This document shows, piece by piece, positions 7,037 to 8,069 of a stretch of 8,069 bases of DNA (position 1 is its first letter; each line of letters begins with the position of its first letter). The position numbers and the translations under genes are program-made. Origin of the DNA: Selaginella moellendorffii (Eukaryota > Plantae > Lycopodiophyta); NCBI RefSeq assembly GCF_000143415.4, contig NW_003314650.1:1-8069 (forward strand), read 5' to 3'. The notes beneath the pieces are model-generated. The model made no database searches. It was not told the DNA's origin and saw only the letters and a list, made by a program, of their open reading frames with translations.

Positions 7037-8069
7037 TGTAAGCCACAAATTTTTCCTTTCCAATTTGCTAGCTTACCTCGTCTATCCGTCCAACATTGCC
7101 TTGGCTTTTGCTAAGTTCCCTTGCCAAGGTTCTCGCCTATGGTACCAGCTCCTACTTGGTTTCAGCTACTCACTGNNNNNNNNNNNNNNNNNNNNNNNNN
7201 NNNNNNNNNNNNNNNNNNNNNNNNNNNNNNNNNNNNNNNNNNNNNNNNNNNNNNNNNNNNNNNNNNNNNNNNNNNNNNNNNNNNNNNNNNNNNNNNNNNN
7301 NNNNNNNNNNNNNNNNNNNNNNNNNNNNNNNNNNNNNNNNNNNNNNNNNNNNNNNNNNNNNNNNNNNNNNNNNNNNNNNNNNNNNNNNNNNNNNNNNNNN
7401 NNNNNNNNNNNTGGCCTAACGGCCCGGCATGGGTACCTCTCGCCCCCCACTTCCATCCCGAAGGAAGGCCCAAGCCCCTAGGAAGGGCGAGGACCAATGA
7501 GCCGCATGGTACTCAAGTGGGGCACCACTCCACATGAGCCGGGAGCACCGCAATCGGTTTCCCTTTCGGGAGTGGGAGCTGCTCTTGAGCACTTCCTTGG
7601 ATGGCCCCTCCGGCACCAACCAAGTCCATGCTCACTCCCACCCAAGGCCCCTCGGTCCCAGTCCCAACCTCAAGTCAGTTTGGGAGCCCCACTGGAGAGT
7701 CCCTTCTAAACTGGTTCCTGGACCTCACTATCCCTACTATACTTTTGGAACCCCCTGCAGCCCCCCCCCCCTGGGGGACGCACGCTTTGGGCTTTCACCC
7801 CTTGACCCGTATTAGTATTTGGACTTAGTCTCTGGCTCGATCTCGGATCCGATTTCGGATCCGACTTCGGATTCGGTCTCGGACTCGATCGCGGACTCGA
7901 TCTCGGACCCGATCTCGGGCCCGACCTCGGACTCGACTTCGGACTCGGTCTCGGACCCGATTTCGGATCTCGGACTCCGTCTCGAACTCGGTCTCGAACT
8001 CGGACTCGAACTCGGTCCCCGAGTCGGTCTTGGACTCGATTCCGGACTCTATCTCGAACTCGGTCCTAG
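7037..8069 (-). mobile_element. 3' end of a second young family A element (LTR 7037-7759, PPT 7761-7772, hexamer repeat 7822-8069); continues right of the window
   Basis: Reverse complement of 481-1513. The ORF translations are identical (e.g. 722..949 vs 7601..7828) and the G11/C11 run is the same length. No PBS is adjacent to 7037. Confidence 0.9.
7176..7411. other. Assembly gap or masked stretch, 236 N
   Basis: N run whose flanks map to 1375 and 1138 of the left copy. Confidence 0.99.

Noticed and set aside
481-8069. DIRS-like element, or DNA transposon with long terminal inverted repeats
   Set aside because: No tyrosine recombinase or transposase. The repeats have PPT and TG..CA LTR features, face inward, and one cuts RNase H.

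Overview
Eukaryotic, most likely plant, nest of LTR retrotransposons with no host gene. The core (1514-~5640, minus strand) is a decayed Ty3/gypsy chromovirus-type element resembling the Reina clade. It has a tRNA-iMet PBS, gag with a zinc knuckle, protease, RT and the start of RNase H, and carries many stops and frameshifts. It is cut inside RNase H at 1513/1514 by the 3' end of a young element on the plus strand: 3' internal region 1-777, poly-G PPT 778-789, 723-bp LTR 791-1513. An apparently identical 3' end lies inverted at 7037-8069, so positions x and 8550-x are complementary. A 236-N gap in that copy exactly equals the length of the missing sequence. Between the core and the right copy is a same-orientation stack of LTRs: an older 723-bp copy of the same LTR (5659-6381) flanked by both a PPT and a PBS, a more distant LTR relative (~6430-7036), and a short second LTR type ending at 5271 with its own PBS. 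The most unusual signal is a non-coding, end-to-end array of about a dozen hairpins (25-416) followed by a CpG-rich hexamer repeat, just upstream of the young element's PPT. All alignments were done by eye.
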